NCBI GenBank assembly: GCA_009837885.1
Contig: VXSP01000045.1
Coordinates: 325,526-389,525 of the forward strand
Source: Holophagales bacterium
Lineage (GTDB): Bacteria; Acidobacteriota; Thermoanaerobaculia; Multivoradales; Multivoraceae
Reading direction: 5' to 3'
Length of the DNA stretch: 64,000 nucleotides
Shown here: one piece after another, positions 27,666 through 37,207 of the stretch
Layout: each line of letters opens with the position of its first letter
Numbering within the stretch: the first letter of the stretch is position 1
Notes under the pieces: model-generated
What the model saw: only the letters and a program-made list of their open reading frames with translations
Told to the model about the DNA's origin: nothing
Database searches by the model: none
Position numbers and translations under genes: made by a program

Positions 27666-30275
27666 ATGGGAGTTCCTTGCTGGCGTCTTTTGGCGCTTGG
27701 GCTGTTGCTCGCCCAGTTCCTGGTTGGTCCGTTGTCCGGCCAGCAGGACGGCGGGGCCGAGGCGGCGGATACCGCGCACGACGAAGCGGAGTCCGACGAG
27801 CCCGCGGCCCACGTCGACGAGGAGATCGTCGTCACCGGCAGCCGGGCGCGGGAGCGTTCGGTGACGAAGTCGATGGTGCCCATCGACGTGATCTCGGCGG
27901 AGCACGTGGCGCATCAGGGGGAGACGAACCTCGACCAGCTTCTGCGCACCGTGGTGCCGTCGCTGAACATCAGTTCGATCAGCGGCGACGCGGCGACCAT
28001 CGTGCGGCCCACGAACCTGCGCGGCCTGGCGCCCGATCACACGCTGGTGCTGGTGAACGGCAAGCGGCGGCATCGCGGGGCCGTGATCCTGTGGTCGCGA
28101 ATCGGCGTCTCCCACGGCGCGCAGGGGCCTGACCTGTCCGCGATTCCGGCGATCGCGCTTCGCCAGGTCGAGGTGCTGAGGGACGGCGCTTCGGCGCAGT
28201 ACGGCTCCGACGCGATCGCGGGGATCATGAACTTCCGGCTCAAGGAGGCACGTGCCGGCGGTTCACTGGAGGTACTGACCGGCCTGTACGACGCGGGCGA
28301 CGGCGAATCCGTGACCGTTGCCGGCAACGTCGGCCTGCCCTGGGGCGAGACCGGTTTCGCGAATCTGAGCCTCGAGGTCGGCGGCGCGAACCCGACGAAT
28401 CGCGCAATCCAGCGAGCCGACGCGGCGGCCCTGGTCGCCGTGGGCAACACCCACGTGGCCGATCCCGCTCAGAGGTGGGGCAAGGCCGAGGTCGACGACG
28501 ACCTGAAGTTCTTCATCAACTTCGGCCGGCCGCTGGGAAGCAGCGGGACGGTGCGGTTCTACGGCTGGGCGAACCACGCGGACCGCAATGTGACGGCGAG
28601 GAACTTCTTCTTTCGGAACCCCAACACCCGGGACGCGGTCTACAGCGGCGACGGCGGCGCGACGCTGCTGATCGGCGACGCCCTGGACGCGGCGGACGGG
28701 GCGCCGGACGGCTCGGCCGGATGTCCCGTCGTCGCGGTGACGGATGCGTTGCCGGATCAGGACGCGCTCGCCCGGGTACTTGACGATCCGAACTGCTTCA
28801 GCTTCCAGGAGCTCTTTCCGGGCGGCTTCCAGCCGGTGTTCGGCGGCGACCGCGTGGACTCTTCGCTCGTCCTCGGAGTTCGCGGGTTCACCGCCTCCGG
28901 CACCGTATGGGACGTGAGCGTCAGCACCGGCCGGAACGAGATCGACTTCCTGCTGTTCGACAGCGTGAACGCCTCGCTCGGGCCGCTCAGCCCGACATCC
29001 TTCGAGCCCGGCCTCTACGGCCAGCGCGATGTGAGCGCGAACGTCGATCTGTTGCGTCAGTTCGGCGAACGGCTCTACCTGGCCGGCGGCCTGGAGTGGC
29101 GGGAGGAGCGGTTCGAGATCGGCCTCGGCGACCCCGCCTCCTGGCAGATCGGCCCCTACGCCCGGCAGGGATTCAGTTCCGGCTCGAACGGCTTTCCCGG
29201 GTTCAGCCCGGTCGCTGCGGGAGACTGGAGCCGTGCCAACGCGGCGGTCTACGGCGACCTGGAGTACGGGCCGCCGGACGAGTCCTGGAACCTGGGCCTG
29301 GCGCTGCGCTTCGAGGACTACGAGGACTTCGGCTCGACGCTCAACGGCAAGGTCGCTGGCCGCCGTCAGGTGTCCGAGGCGCTCGCCCTGCGCGCGAGTG
29401 CGTCGACGGGCTTCCGGGCGCCGACGCCCGGCCAGCAGAACGCGTTCAACGTCTCCACGCAGTGGGACGCGGAGCGGTTCGAACTGGTGAACAACGGCAC
29501 GATCCCGCCGGCCTCCAGGGTGGCGGAGCTACGGGGAGGCAAGGCGCTCGACGCGGAGAAGTCGGTCAACCTGGCCGCCGGCGCGGTCCTCGAGCGCGGT
29601 CCGTTGACGCTCACGGCGGACGTGTTCCGCGTCGACGTGAGCGATCGCCTGGGGGTCACCGGCCTGTTCGCTCTTCAGCCCTTCGAGGTCGAGCAACTGC
29701 TGGCGGAAGGCATCACGAGCGCCGCCAACATCACGAACTTCCGTTTCTTCGCCAACGACTTCGAGACCCGCACCGAGGGCCTGGACCTGGTCGTCACCTG
29801 GCGGCCGCCCCAGGCCGGCGGGCACACGACGCTCGACCTCGCGCTCAACGTGACCTCGACCGAGGTCGTGGACTTCAACCCGCTGACCCTGGACCGGCAG
29901 CGCATCCGCGAGCTGGAGGAGGCCCTGCCGGGCGTGCGCTGGAATGCGACGCTGCACCACGAACTGGGCCGTCACACCGCGACCCGGCGGCCGGTCGAGT
30001 TGCTCGCCCGGCTCGGCTACTACGACGGCTGGTACGACCCGTTCATCTCCGTCGACTTCAGCGGCGTGTACCTGCTCGATGCCGAGGTTGGCTTTCCTTT
30101 GCGCGACGGAGCCCGGCTGGCGATCGGCGCTCGCAACGTCCTGGGCGAGACCGGCACGGGCAATCCGACGCCGACGCGGCTGGGCAACCTGCACAGCACC
30201 CGCGCGCCGTTCGACGTCAGCGGCGGTTACTACTACGCCCGGTTGCAGTATGGCTGGGGCGGCGCGGCCCCCTGA
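27666..30275 (+). CDS. TonB-dependent outer-membrane receptor
   Basis: Signal peptide. TonB box/plug region (EEIVVTGSRA, DxISAE). Long beta-barrel with a C-terminal aromatic-rich end. Confidence 0.85.
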   Translation: MGVPCWRLLALGLLLAQFLVGPLSGQQDGGAEAADTAHDEAESDEPAAHVDEEIVVTGSRARERSVTKSMVPIDVISAEHVAHQGETNLDQLLRTVVPSLNISSISGDAATIVRPTNLRGLAPDHTLVLVNGKRRHRGAVILWSRIGVSHGAQGPDLSAIPAIALRQVEVLRDGASAQYGSDAIAGIMNFRLKEARAGGSLEVLTGLYDAGDGESVTVAGNVGLPWGETGFANLSLEVGGANPTNRAIQRADAAALVAVGNTHVADPAQRWGKAEVDDDLKFFINFGRPLGSSGTVRFYGWANHADRNVTARNFFFRNPNTRDAVYSGDGGATLLIGDALDAADGAPDGSAGCPVVAVTDALPDQDALARVLDDPNCFSFQELFPGGFQPVFGGDRVDSSLVLGVRGFTASGTVWDVSVSTGRNEIDFLLFDSVNASLGPLSPTSFEPGLYGQRDVSANVDLLRQFGERLYLAGGLEWREERFEIGLGDPASWQIGPYARQGFSSGSNGFPGFSPVAAGDWSRANAAVYGDLEYGPPDESWNLGLALRFEDYEDFGSTLNGKVAGRRQVSEALALRASASTGFRAPTPGQQNAFNVSTQWDAERFELVNNGTIPPASRVAELRGGKALDAEKSVNLAAGAVLERGPLTLTADVFRVDVSDRLGVTGLFALQPFEVEQLLAEGITSAANITNFRFFANDFETRTEGLDLVVTWRPPQAGGHTTLDLALNVTSTEVVDFNPLTLDRQRIRELEEALPGVRWNATLHHELGRHTATRRPVELLARLGYYDGWYDPFISVDFSGVYLLDAEVGFPLRDGARLAIGARNVLGETGTGNPTPTRLGNLHSTRAPFDVSGGYYYARLQYGWGGAAP

Positions 30276-30341
30276 GCTACGGCTACTGCTGCCGCTTGGC
30301 GGGTTGTGGCTCGGGCGGCGACGGGTGAGTCGGTCTCGCGT

Positions 30342-33300
30342 TCAGGCCTGAACCCGGGAGCGCTGCATCGCGGGGGCGCCCTGCGGGAGGTGCATGCCGG
30401 CCTGCCGCGCCGCCTTCCGACGGCCGCGAATGGCGCGCCGCCGTTCCCGCCCGCGCTCGACCAGGAGATAGAGCGAGGGCACGAAGATCAGGGTGATCAG
30501 CGTCGAGGCGAGCAGGCCACCGACGACCACGCGGGCCAGCGGCGCCTGGAGTTCGGAGCCCTCGCCGATCCCGAGGGTCAGCGGCAGCAGGCCGAGGGCG
30601 GTGGTCAGCGTCGTCATCAGGATCGGCCGCAGGCGGCGTCTGGAGCCGCGGATCAGCGCCTCGTGGAGGGTGCAGCCGACGTCCCGGCGCATGCGGTTCA
30701 CGTTGTCCACGAGCACGATCGCGTTGTTGACCACGATGCCGACCAGGACGACCAGGCCGAGGAAGGAGTTCATGTTCAGGGTCGTGCCCGTAACCGCCAG
30801 GGTCAGCAGCACGCCGAGCAGCGAGAACGGCACCGCGGTCATGATGACCAGGGGCTGGACCAGGGACTCGAACTGGACTGCCATCACCGTGTAGACGAGG
30901 AAGACCGCGAGCAGCACGCCGATCAGGAGCTCCACGAAGACCTGGCGCTGCTCTTCCAACTCGCCGCCCATGTCGATCGTGAAGCCGTAGGGTGTTTCGA
31001 TCCGCGCCAGGGCCGCCTCGACGTCGTTCGCCGCATCGCTGAACCTTCGTCCGTCGATGCCGGCGAGGACCTGCATGTAGCGCTCCTGGTTCTCACGGTT
31101 GATGGACAGGGGCCCCTCGCCGGGATTGATGCTGGCGACCGAGCCCAGGGGCACGATGTCGCCGCGCGGAGTGACGATGGGTAGTTGCGGCAGCTGCTCG
31201 ATGCGCAACCGATCCTCGGGCTGGAGCTGGACCCGGATGTCGAACTCGTCGCCCTGGTCGCGGAACTTGGTCGCCACCCGTCCGAGGACGTAGTGCTCGA
31301 CGGCATCGGCGACCTGGCTGCCATTGAGGCCGAGTTCGGCGAGGCGGGCGCGATCGACTCGCAGGGTCCGCTCGAGCTGGCCGGATTCACGGTCGAGGCG
31401 CGGGTGGACGACCCCGGGGACCGCGGCCATCGCATCGATCACGCGCTGGGCGAGCTCGTTGCCCTGGTCCAGGTCGTGGCCGCGGATCTCGACGACGAGA
31501 CGGGCGTCCTGGCCGCCGCGCATCATCCTCATCATCATGTTGTTGGACGAGGCGTAGAGCTGCACCTGGGCGGCCGGCACGTCGGCGATGGCGTGGCGGA
31601 TCGACGCGAGGACTTCCTCCTGGCCGCGAGTTCGTTCGGTCAGCGGGGTGAGCAGGATCTCCATCGTGCCCTGGTTGGACTGGGCGGGCCGCCACCAGCT
31701 CTCGGGACCGGCGGTGGTGATCAGGCTGTCGAGTTCGTCGGGTCTGAGCGCGCCGCGGACCCGGGCTTCGATCTCCTCCATCGTGCCGGTGGTCTCATCA
31801 AGGGGAGCGCCCACGGGCATCTCGACCCGCATGTTGAGCCGGCCCTCGTCGCTCTCGGGCATCAACTCGAGGCCGATGATGGGCACCAGGGCGAAGGAAC
31901 CGAGCAGGAGCACGACCGCCGTGGCCATCACGCGGCCGGGCCTGCCGAGGGCCCACTCGATCATCCGGCCGTAGGCCATGTCGACCGGCCCGAGGGCGGC
32001 GACGCACTCGTCCGTCACCTGGCGGCTCTTCGGGACTTCCCGCAGCCAGCGGGCGGCGGCGGCCGGAATCAGCGTCAGGGCGACGAACAGCGCGCAGAGC
32101 AGGGCGAAACTGACCGTGATCGCCAACTGGTTGAAGAAGATGCCGGCGAAGCCGGAGATGAAGACGACCGGCAGGAAGACGGCCACCGTGGTCAGCGTGC
32201 CGGCCGCGATCGCCATCGCCACCTCGTTGCTGCCGGCGACCGCCGCGGCGGTGGGGCGTTCGCCCTCGTGGAGCCGGCGGTAGATGCTCTCGAGCACCAC
32301 GATCGAGCCGTCGACCAGCATGCCGACGCCGAGCGCGATGCCGGCCAGGGAGATCACGTTCAGCGTGAAGCCGTTGAAGTACATCAGGGCGATCGTCGCC
32401 AGCACCGAGATCGGAATTGCGGCGCCGACGATCAGGGTCGCCCGCATGTCGCGGAGGAAGAACATCAGCACGAGCACCGCCAGCGCGGCGCCGAACATGG
32501 CTCCCAACTGGACGTTGTTCACGGCCTGCCGGATGAAGGCGGCGCCGTCCATGAGGATCGTGATCTCGGCGCGACCGGCGTAGTCGCGGTTGATCGCGTC
32601 GATCTCGCGCTTCAGGCGATCCACGACCTCGACCGTGTTCGAGCCGGACTGCTTCATCACGAACATCCGCATGCCTTCGGCGCCGTTGATCCACAGCTCG
32701 TTCGTCATTTCGCGGATGCCGTCGTCGACCCGACCGACATCCCGCACCAGGATCGGCCGGCCGTCGCGGATCGCGACGATCGTGTTCTCGACGTCGACCT
32801 TGCGCTCGAACTCGCCGATCGCGCGGATCAGGACCTCCCGCCCCGTCTCCAGCATGTCTCCGGCGGAGACGTTGCGGTTTTCGCGGGACAGGGCGTTGGT
32901 GACCTCGCTCGGCGTGATTCCGAGGGCGGCCATCCGGTCGGCGGCGAGCTGGACCTGGATCTCCCGCACGCGGCCGCCCTGGATGTCCACCGAGGCAACG
33001 CCGGGCAGGCGTTCCAGCCGCCGGCTGATCGTCTGTTCGGCCATGTGGCGGACCTGGCGCGCGTCGCCCGTGCCCGACAGGCCCAGGAAGACGACCGGCA
33101 TGTCGGAGAGGTTGAACTTGAACAGGGTCGGTTCGGAGGCGTCCTCGGGCAGCATGCCGCGCACGAAGTCGAGCTGCTCCCGGATGTCGTTGACCACTTC
33201 GTTCAGGTCGACGCCCCAGTCGAACTGTGCCTGGATGCTGCTCATGCCCTCCGCGGACATGGAGTTCAACTGGTCGAGACCGGTGACGGTGGACAGGGCC

Positions 33301-33506
33301 TGCTCGACCGGCCGGGTGATCAGGCTCTCCATCTCCTCCGGCGCCACGCCTTCGTAGGTCGTCGTGATCGAGATCCGGGGCATGTCGACTTCGGGCATCA
33401 GGTCGACGGCGAGCTGGCGCACGGCGACCAGACCGATCACGACGACGCAAACGTAGAGCATGGTCACGCCCACCGGGCGGTTGGCGGAAAGGCGGGGGAG
33501 GTTCAT
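30342..33506 (-). CDS. RND efflux transporter permease (AcrB/HAE1-type)
   Basis: ATG at 33506 (MNLPRLSANRPVGVTMLY...). About 1054 aa with the 12-TM RND architecture. The track ORF is over-extended 5'. Confidence 0.9.
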   Translation of the reverse strand: MNLPRLSANRPVGVTMLYVCVVVIGLVAVRQLAVDLMPEVDMPRISITTTYEGVAPEEMESLITRPVEQALSTVTGLDQLNSMSAEGMSSIQAQFDWGVDLNEVVNDIREQLDFVRGMLPEDASEPTLFKFNLSDMPVVFLGLSGTGDARQVRHMAEQTISRRLERLPGVASVDIQGGRVREIQVQLAADRMAALGITPSEVTNALSRENRNVSAGDMLETGREVLIRAIGEFERKVDVENTIVAIRDGRPILVRDVGRVDDGIREMTNELWINGAEGMRMFVMKQSGSNTVEVVDRLKREIDAINRDYAGRAEITILMDGAAFIRQAVNNVQLGAMFGAALAVLVLMFFLRDMRATLIVGAAIPISVLATIALMYFNGFTLNVISLAGIALGVGMLVDGSIVVLESIYRRLHEGERPTAAAVAGSNEVAMAIAAGTLTTVAVFLPVVFISGFAGIFFNQLAITVSFALLCALFVALTLIPAAAARWLREVPKSRQVTDECVAALGPVDMAYGRMIEWALGRPGRVMATAVVLLLGSFALVPIIGLELMPESDEGRLNMRVEMPVGAPLDETTGTMEEIEARVRGALRPDELDSLITTAGPESWWRPAQSNQGTMEILLTPLTERTRGQEEVLASIRHAIADVPAAQVQLYASSNNMMMRMMRGGQDARLVVEIRGHDLDQGNELAQRVIDAMAAVPGVVHPRLDRESGQLERTLRVDRARLAELGLNGSQVADAVEHYVLGRVATKFRDQGDEFDIRVQLQPEDRLRIEQLPQLPIVTPRGDIVPLGSVASINPGEGPLSINRENQERYMQVLAGIDGRRFSDAANDVEAALARIETPYGFTIDMGGELEEQRQVFVELLIGVLLAVFLVYTVMAVQFESLVQPLVIMTAVPFSLLGVLLTLAVTGTTLNMNSFLGLVVLVGIVVNNAIVLVDNVNRMRRDVGCTLHEALIRGSRRRLRPILMTTLTTALGLLPLTLGIGEGSELQAPLARVVVGGLLASTLITLIFVPSLYLLVERGRERRRAIRGRRKAARQAGMHLPQGAPAMQRSRVQA

Positions 33507-33514
33507 CGTCGGCC

Positions 33515-34807
33515 TCAGAGTCCGGCGGCGCCAGTGGGCGAGGGCTGTGCTTCTGATGGTTGGGGCTCGTTGCGGACGACCCGAACGGGCGCGCCGTGTC
33601 CCAACTGGTTGTGGCCCATCGTCAGGACGAGCTCGCCGGCTTCGACGGGACCGGCGATCGCGCTGTACTCCCCGGAGCGGCCCGCGACCGTGACCGCGCG
33701 CCACTGGGCGAGGCCGTCGACCGGCACCATGACTCCCGTGGAGCGCGCGCCGTCCATCGCCACCCGTTCGAGCAGGGCGGTACCCGGTACGATCAGTGCG
33801 TTTTCGAGATCCCGCAGGCTGACGGAGACGTCGGCGTACATGCCCGGCAGGAGCAGGTCGTCCGTTTCGGCCAACTCGCCCTCGACGAGCACGGTGCGGT
33901 CGTTGCGGCGCACCTCGCCGGCGACCCGGCGCACGATGCCGCCGAAAGTCCGGTCGCCCGTGGCTTCGGTGACCACGTCGAAGGCGGCGCCGGTCTGGAC
34001 CGCCGAAAGATCGCGTTCCGGAACCCGAAACTGGACCAGAAGCGGCGCCTCCTCGACCAGGCGCAGAATCGGCGTGCCCGGCTGGACCAGGGCGCCGCGG
34101 TCCAGGTAACGATCCGAGACGACGGCGTCGAACGGCGCCCGCACGCGGGTGTTCGCGAACTGCTCGGCGAGCAGCGCCTCGCGGGCCGCGGACTGCTGGA
34201 CCTGGGCCTCGCCGGCGGCCAGGTTCGCCTTCGTCGTCGCGTACTGGGAACTGACCTGCTGCTGCTCCTGCTCGGAGAGGAGACCCTGGTCGTAGAGCTC
34301 CATCGCCCGCTGGTAGTCGGCTTCGACGCCGACGAGCTCGGCGGCGGCGCGATCGCGGTTGGCCTCCGCGACGCCGAGTTGACCGCGCGCCTCCTGGAGC
34401 TGGTTCCTCACTTCGACGTCGGCGATCACCGCGATCACCGTGCCGGCCGCGACCCGCTGGCCGATTCGTGCCGGGACGTCGATCAGGAGCCCGGAGACCT
34501 GGGGTGAGATGTCGGAGACCTCCCCCACGAGTTCTCCCGAATAGGCGGTGCGCACGGAGAGGAATCCGCGCCACGCGGCGACGGCGCGCACGGGTACTGC
34601 CTGGGTCATCTGCGCGTCCGCCGCCTGGCCGCCTGCACGCGCCTGGGACCCGCGGCCGAAGGCGAACACGGCGGCCGCGACGAGCACGAGGGCCGCGACG
34701 GCAAGCCCCGCGATCTGCGGGCGGCTGATCCGGCGGCCGGGTTTCGGAGCGGCTCTCGGGGAGCGCGGCATTGCGCCGCCTCCATTGGGTTGCTGAGCTA
34801 TAGCCAT
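33515..34807 (-). CDS. RND efflux periplasmic adaptor (membrane fusion protein, HlyD family)
   Basis: N-terminal TM anchor. Coiled-coil (NQLQEARGQL...) and lipoyl/beta-barrel motifs. Directly upstream of the RND gene. Confidence 0.8.
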   Translation of the reverse strand: MAIAQQPNGGGAMPRSPRAAPKPGRRISRPQIAGLAVAALVLVAAAVFAFGRGSQARAGGQAADAQMTQAVPVRAVAAWRGFLSVRTAYSGELVGEVSDISPQVSGLLIDVPARIGQRVAAGTVIAVIADVEVRNQLQEARGQLGVAEANRDRAAAELVGVEADYQRAMELYDQGLLSEQEQQQVSSQYATTKANLAAGEAQVQQSAAREALLAEQFANTRVRAPFDAVVSDRYLDRGALVQPGTPILRLVEEAPLLVQFRVPERDLSAVQTGAAFDVVTEATGDRTFGGIVRRVAGEVRRNDRTVLVEGELAETDDLLLPGMYADVSVSLRDLENALIVPGTALLERVAMDGARSTGVMVPVDGLAQWRAVTVAGRSGEYSAIAGPVEAGELVLTMGHNQLGHGAPVRVVRNEPQPSEAQPSPTGAAGL

Positions 34808-34850
34808 GAGATCGTCGTTTCTTTCTGGTCTGACGGTTCTTCCGCGTCGT

Positions 34851-35393
34851 CTACGCGGTGCCGGGTCGGGAGTTGCCGTCGTCGCCCGCCATCGCCGCGA
34901 GCACGGAGTTCAGGCTGTCGGCGAGGATCGAGTAGAAGCGGATGAACCGATCCAGCCGCTCGGCGACGACGCCGCCGGCGCCGGACTCGGGAAGGAGCGC
35001 CTGCTTCATCTCCTCGGCGCTGGCTTGCCGCGCCCGGTAGCGATCGACGATCCGCAGCAGGAGGCCCGGCTCCTCGTTGATCTTGAAGTAGTCGCGGCGG
35101 TCGCCCGGACGGGTCACGCGCTGGATGACGCCCATGTTCTCCAGCAGGCGCGTGTTCGTGCTGATGCTGCCGCGGCTGACCCGAAGGCGCTCGGTGAGAT
35201 GGTCGAACCGGACGGGTTCGGGCGAGAGGATGAGCAGGCCGACGAGGCGGCCGGCGATCCGGGGCAGGCGGTCCTCTTCGTGCGCGAGCCCCATCGCTTC
35301 GATGAAGCGCTCCTCCGCGACGCGCAGGCTGAAGTCGGCGGCGGAGGACTCGGCGGCTGGATCCGGAACGGGAATCGGTTCGGAGACGGTCAT
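34851..35393 (-). CDS. MarR/GbsR-family winged-helix transcriptional regulator
   Basis: wHTH region ISTNTRLLENMGVIQRVTRPGDRR. First gene of the efflux operon. Confidence 0.7.
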   Translation of the reverse strand: MTVSEPIPVPDPAAESSAADFSLRVAEERFIEAMGLAHEEDRLPRIAGRLVGLLILSPEPVRFDHLTERLRVSRGSISTNTRLLENMGVIQRVTRPGDRRDYFKINEEPGLLLRIVDRYRARQASAEEMKQALLPESGAGGVVAERLDRFIRFYSILADSLNSVLAAMAGDDGNSRPGTA

Positions 35394-35498
35394 GAGTCAG
35401 GGATGTTGGATCATCCGGTTTGTTTTGTCAAGACTGAACAGGATGAAACTGATGAACGAAGTGGGCTTTCCTGAGCGCCAGCTACTAGGCTCGCGAGA

Positions 35499-35882
35499 AT
35501 GCGGTCTTCGCGGCCTCGCTCAAGCCCCCGATTCCTGCCCCTGCTGCTCGGCCTGGCGATGCTGGTCTTCGCCCTGCTGCAGATCAACGACCCGGATCCG
35601 CTGATCTGGGTGACCTACTACGCCGCGATCGCCTGCGCCTGCACGATCGCCGCCTACCGGCCGCTGCCCCTTGTCGTCTTTCTGGCGCTCGCCGCGGTCA
35701 CGGCGGCGGGCGTCGTGCTGACGCTGCCCGGGTTCATCGACTGGCTGCTGAACCGTCCGACCAGCGACCTGTGGGCGCCCATGTCGGCCGGCCGGATGTA
35801 CATCGAGCACAGCCGCGAGCTACTCGGACTGCTGATTGCCGGCGGTTTTCTCGTGATGGCGGACCGGCTGTCGCGGAGTTAA
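35499..35882 (+). CDS. TMEM220-like small membrane protein
   Basis: LLQINDPDPLIWVTYY matches the conserved TMEM220 family motif. 4 TM segments. Confidence 0.55.
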   Translation: MRSSRPRSSPRFLPLLLGLAMLVFALLQINDPDPLIWVTYYAAIACACTIAAYRPLPLVVFLALAAVTAAGVVLTLPGFIDWLLNRPTSDLWAPMSAGRMYIEHSRELLGLLIAGGFLVMADRLSRS

Positions 35883-35885
35883 CTG

Positions 35886-37187
35886 CTACTCCTCCGGGAC
35901 CGCGGCGCTCATCATGAAGCCCATCATCATCTCGTCGGTGGAGGGCTGGCCGAAGCGGACCTCGCGGTTCGAGTCGAAGCCGTAGCGAGCGGCCTTTTCG
36001 GGCGAGTTGTCGTACCAGGCGGTGTACTCGATTCGCGTGCCCTTGGGGATGCGCTTCATCTGGTCGTAGTAGTAGACCGTCTGCCAGGAGAAGTCGAACT
36101 CGGGCACGTCGAGCAGCACTTCACTCGTGCCGTCGGGGTAGAAGGCCTCGAAGCGCGCTGCCTTGCCGCGCATGTGCATGTGCGGCATGAGCGCGATGAT
36201 GTCCGAGTCCCTCCGGGCGACGGTGGAGTAGGGGCCCACCTGGTGGTTGCCGTCGTTCGGCGGTATCGCGAAGGTGAAGTCCATGATCGGCCGCAGACCC
36301 GACCCGAGCGAGCGGGTGACCGGCTCGTCGGCGAAGATGAAGCCGATCGACGACTGGTCCCACACGCCCGTGCCGGCGCCGGGCTCCTTGTGGTAGTGGA
36401 TGTCGAACGTCACCCGCGAGCCCTTCCTGAGCAGGAAGCCGTAGCCCTCCGGGTAGCGGTTCGCGTCGCTGCCGGAGGAGACGCCGCCCATGTAGTTGCC
36501 CGCGTTCTCCGGTGACGGGGCGATCTGATCCTGGTTGGGGAACGCGGGTGGAGGCGGCAGCTCGCCGTTCTCGTCCGGCGCCAGCAGGTGAAGGTTGAAG
36601 TGGTGGATGATCTCGCTGTCCGGCTTGCACTGGAAGGCGACCACCCAGCGGTCCTCCGGCAGGTCTTCTTCGGTCAGAACGTAGGAGAACGCTGCGTAGA
36701 GGTCTTCGACATCGTCCTCGACGAAGTAGGGCTCGGGCATCGTCACGACCAGGTCGGGTTCGCCCACGACCCAGCCGCCCGTGCTTGGGAACTCGCGCGG
36801 CGGCGGGGCGTCGGCGGCCTCGCCGGGAGCGGCGCCGCTGCCGGCCCAGTTGACCAGGGTCTCGATCTCGGCCGCGTCCAGCACCCGTTCGTTCGCGAAC
36901 GTGCCGTCGTGTTGCGGATGAGCGTCCCAGGGCGGCATCTCGCGGGCGGCGACCGTACGGGCGATCGACCGGGCCCAGGGGCGCACCTCGGCGTAGGTGG
37001 TGAGCGCCATCGGCGCCCTCATCCCGCCATAGTTGGCTCCGGCCGGGCGGTGACAGTCCTGGCAGTGCATCTGGAGCACCGGCAGCACGTCGGCGTAGAA
37101 AGTCGGCGCGTCGCGATCGGCGGCCGTCGCGGGCGCGGCAGCGACCGCGAGCAGAAGGGCGAGGCAAAGGAGGACTGAACGCTTCAT
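35886..37187 (-). CDS. Secreted copper type II ascorbate-dependent monooxygenase-like protein (PHM/DBH fold) with N-terminal CxxCH (PSCyt1-like) domain
   Basis: Signal peptide. FYADVLPVLQMHCQDCH (PSCyt1-type F..V.PIL..C..CH). CuH-like HHF...H and CuM-like HMHMRG...TDEMMMGF motifs. Confidence 0.5.
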   Translation of the reverse strand: MKRSVLLCLALLLAVAAAPATAADRDAPTFYADVLPVLQMHCQDCHRPAGANYGGMRAPMALTTYAEVRPWARSIARTVAAREMPPWDAHPQHDGTFANERVLDAAEIETLVNWAGSGAAPGEAADAPPPREFPSTGGWVVGEPDLVVTMPEPYFVEDDVEDLYAAFSYVLTEEDLPEDRWVVAFQCKPDSEIIHHFNLHLLAPDENGELPPPPAFPNQDQIAPSPENAGNYMGGVSSGSDANRYPEGYGFLLRKGSRVTFDIHYHKEPGAGTGVWDQSSIGFIFADEPVTRSLGSGLRPIMDFTFAIPPNDGNHQVGPYSTVARRDSDIIALMPHMHMRGKAARFEAFYPDGTSEVLLDVPEFDFSWQTVYYYDQMKRIPKGTRIEYTAWYDNSPEKAARYGFDSNREVRFGQPSTDEMMMGFMMSAAVPEE

Positions 37188-37207
37188 CGCGTTCAGATTA
37201 CCAGCAC

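Noticed and set aside
31185-34109. 974-aa plus-strand ORF opposite the RND/MFP genes
   Set aside because: Arg/Gly/Asp/His-rich low-complexity translation. Typical antisense ORF in 70%-GC coding DNA. The RND and MFP on the minus strand have unmistakable family motifs.
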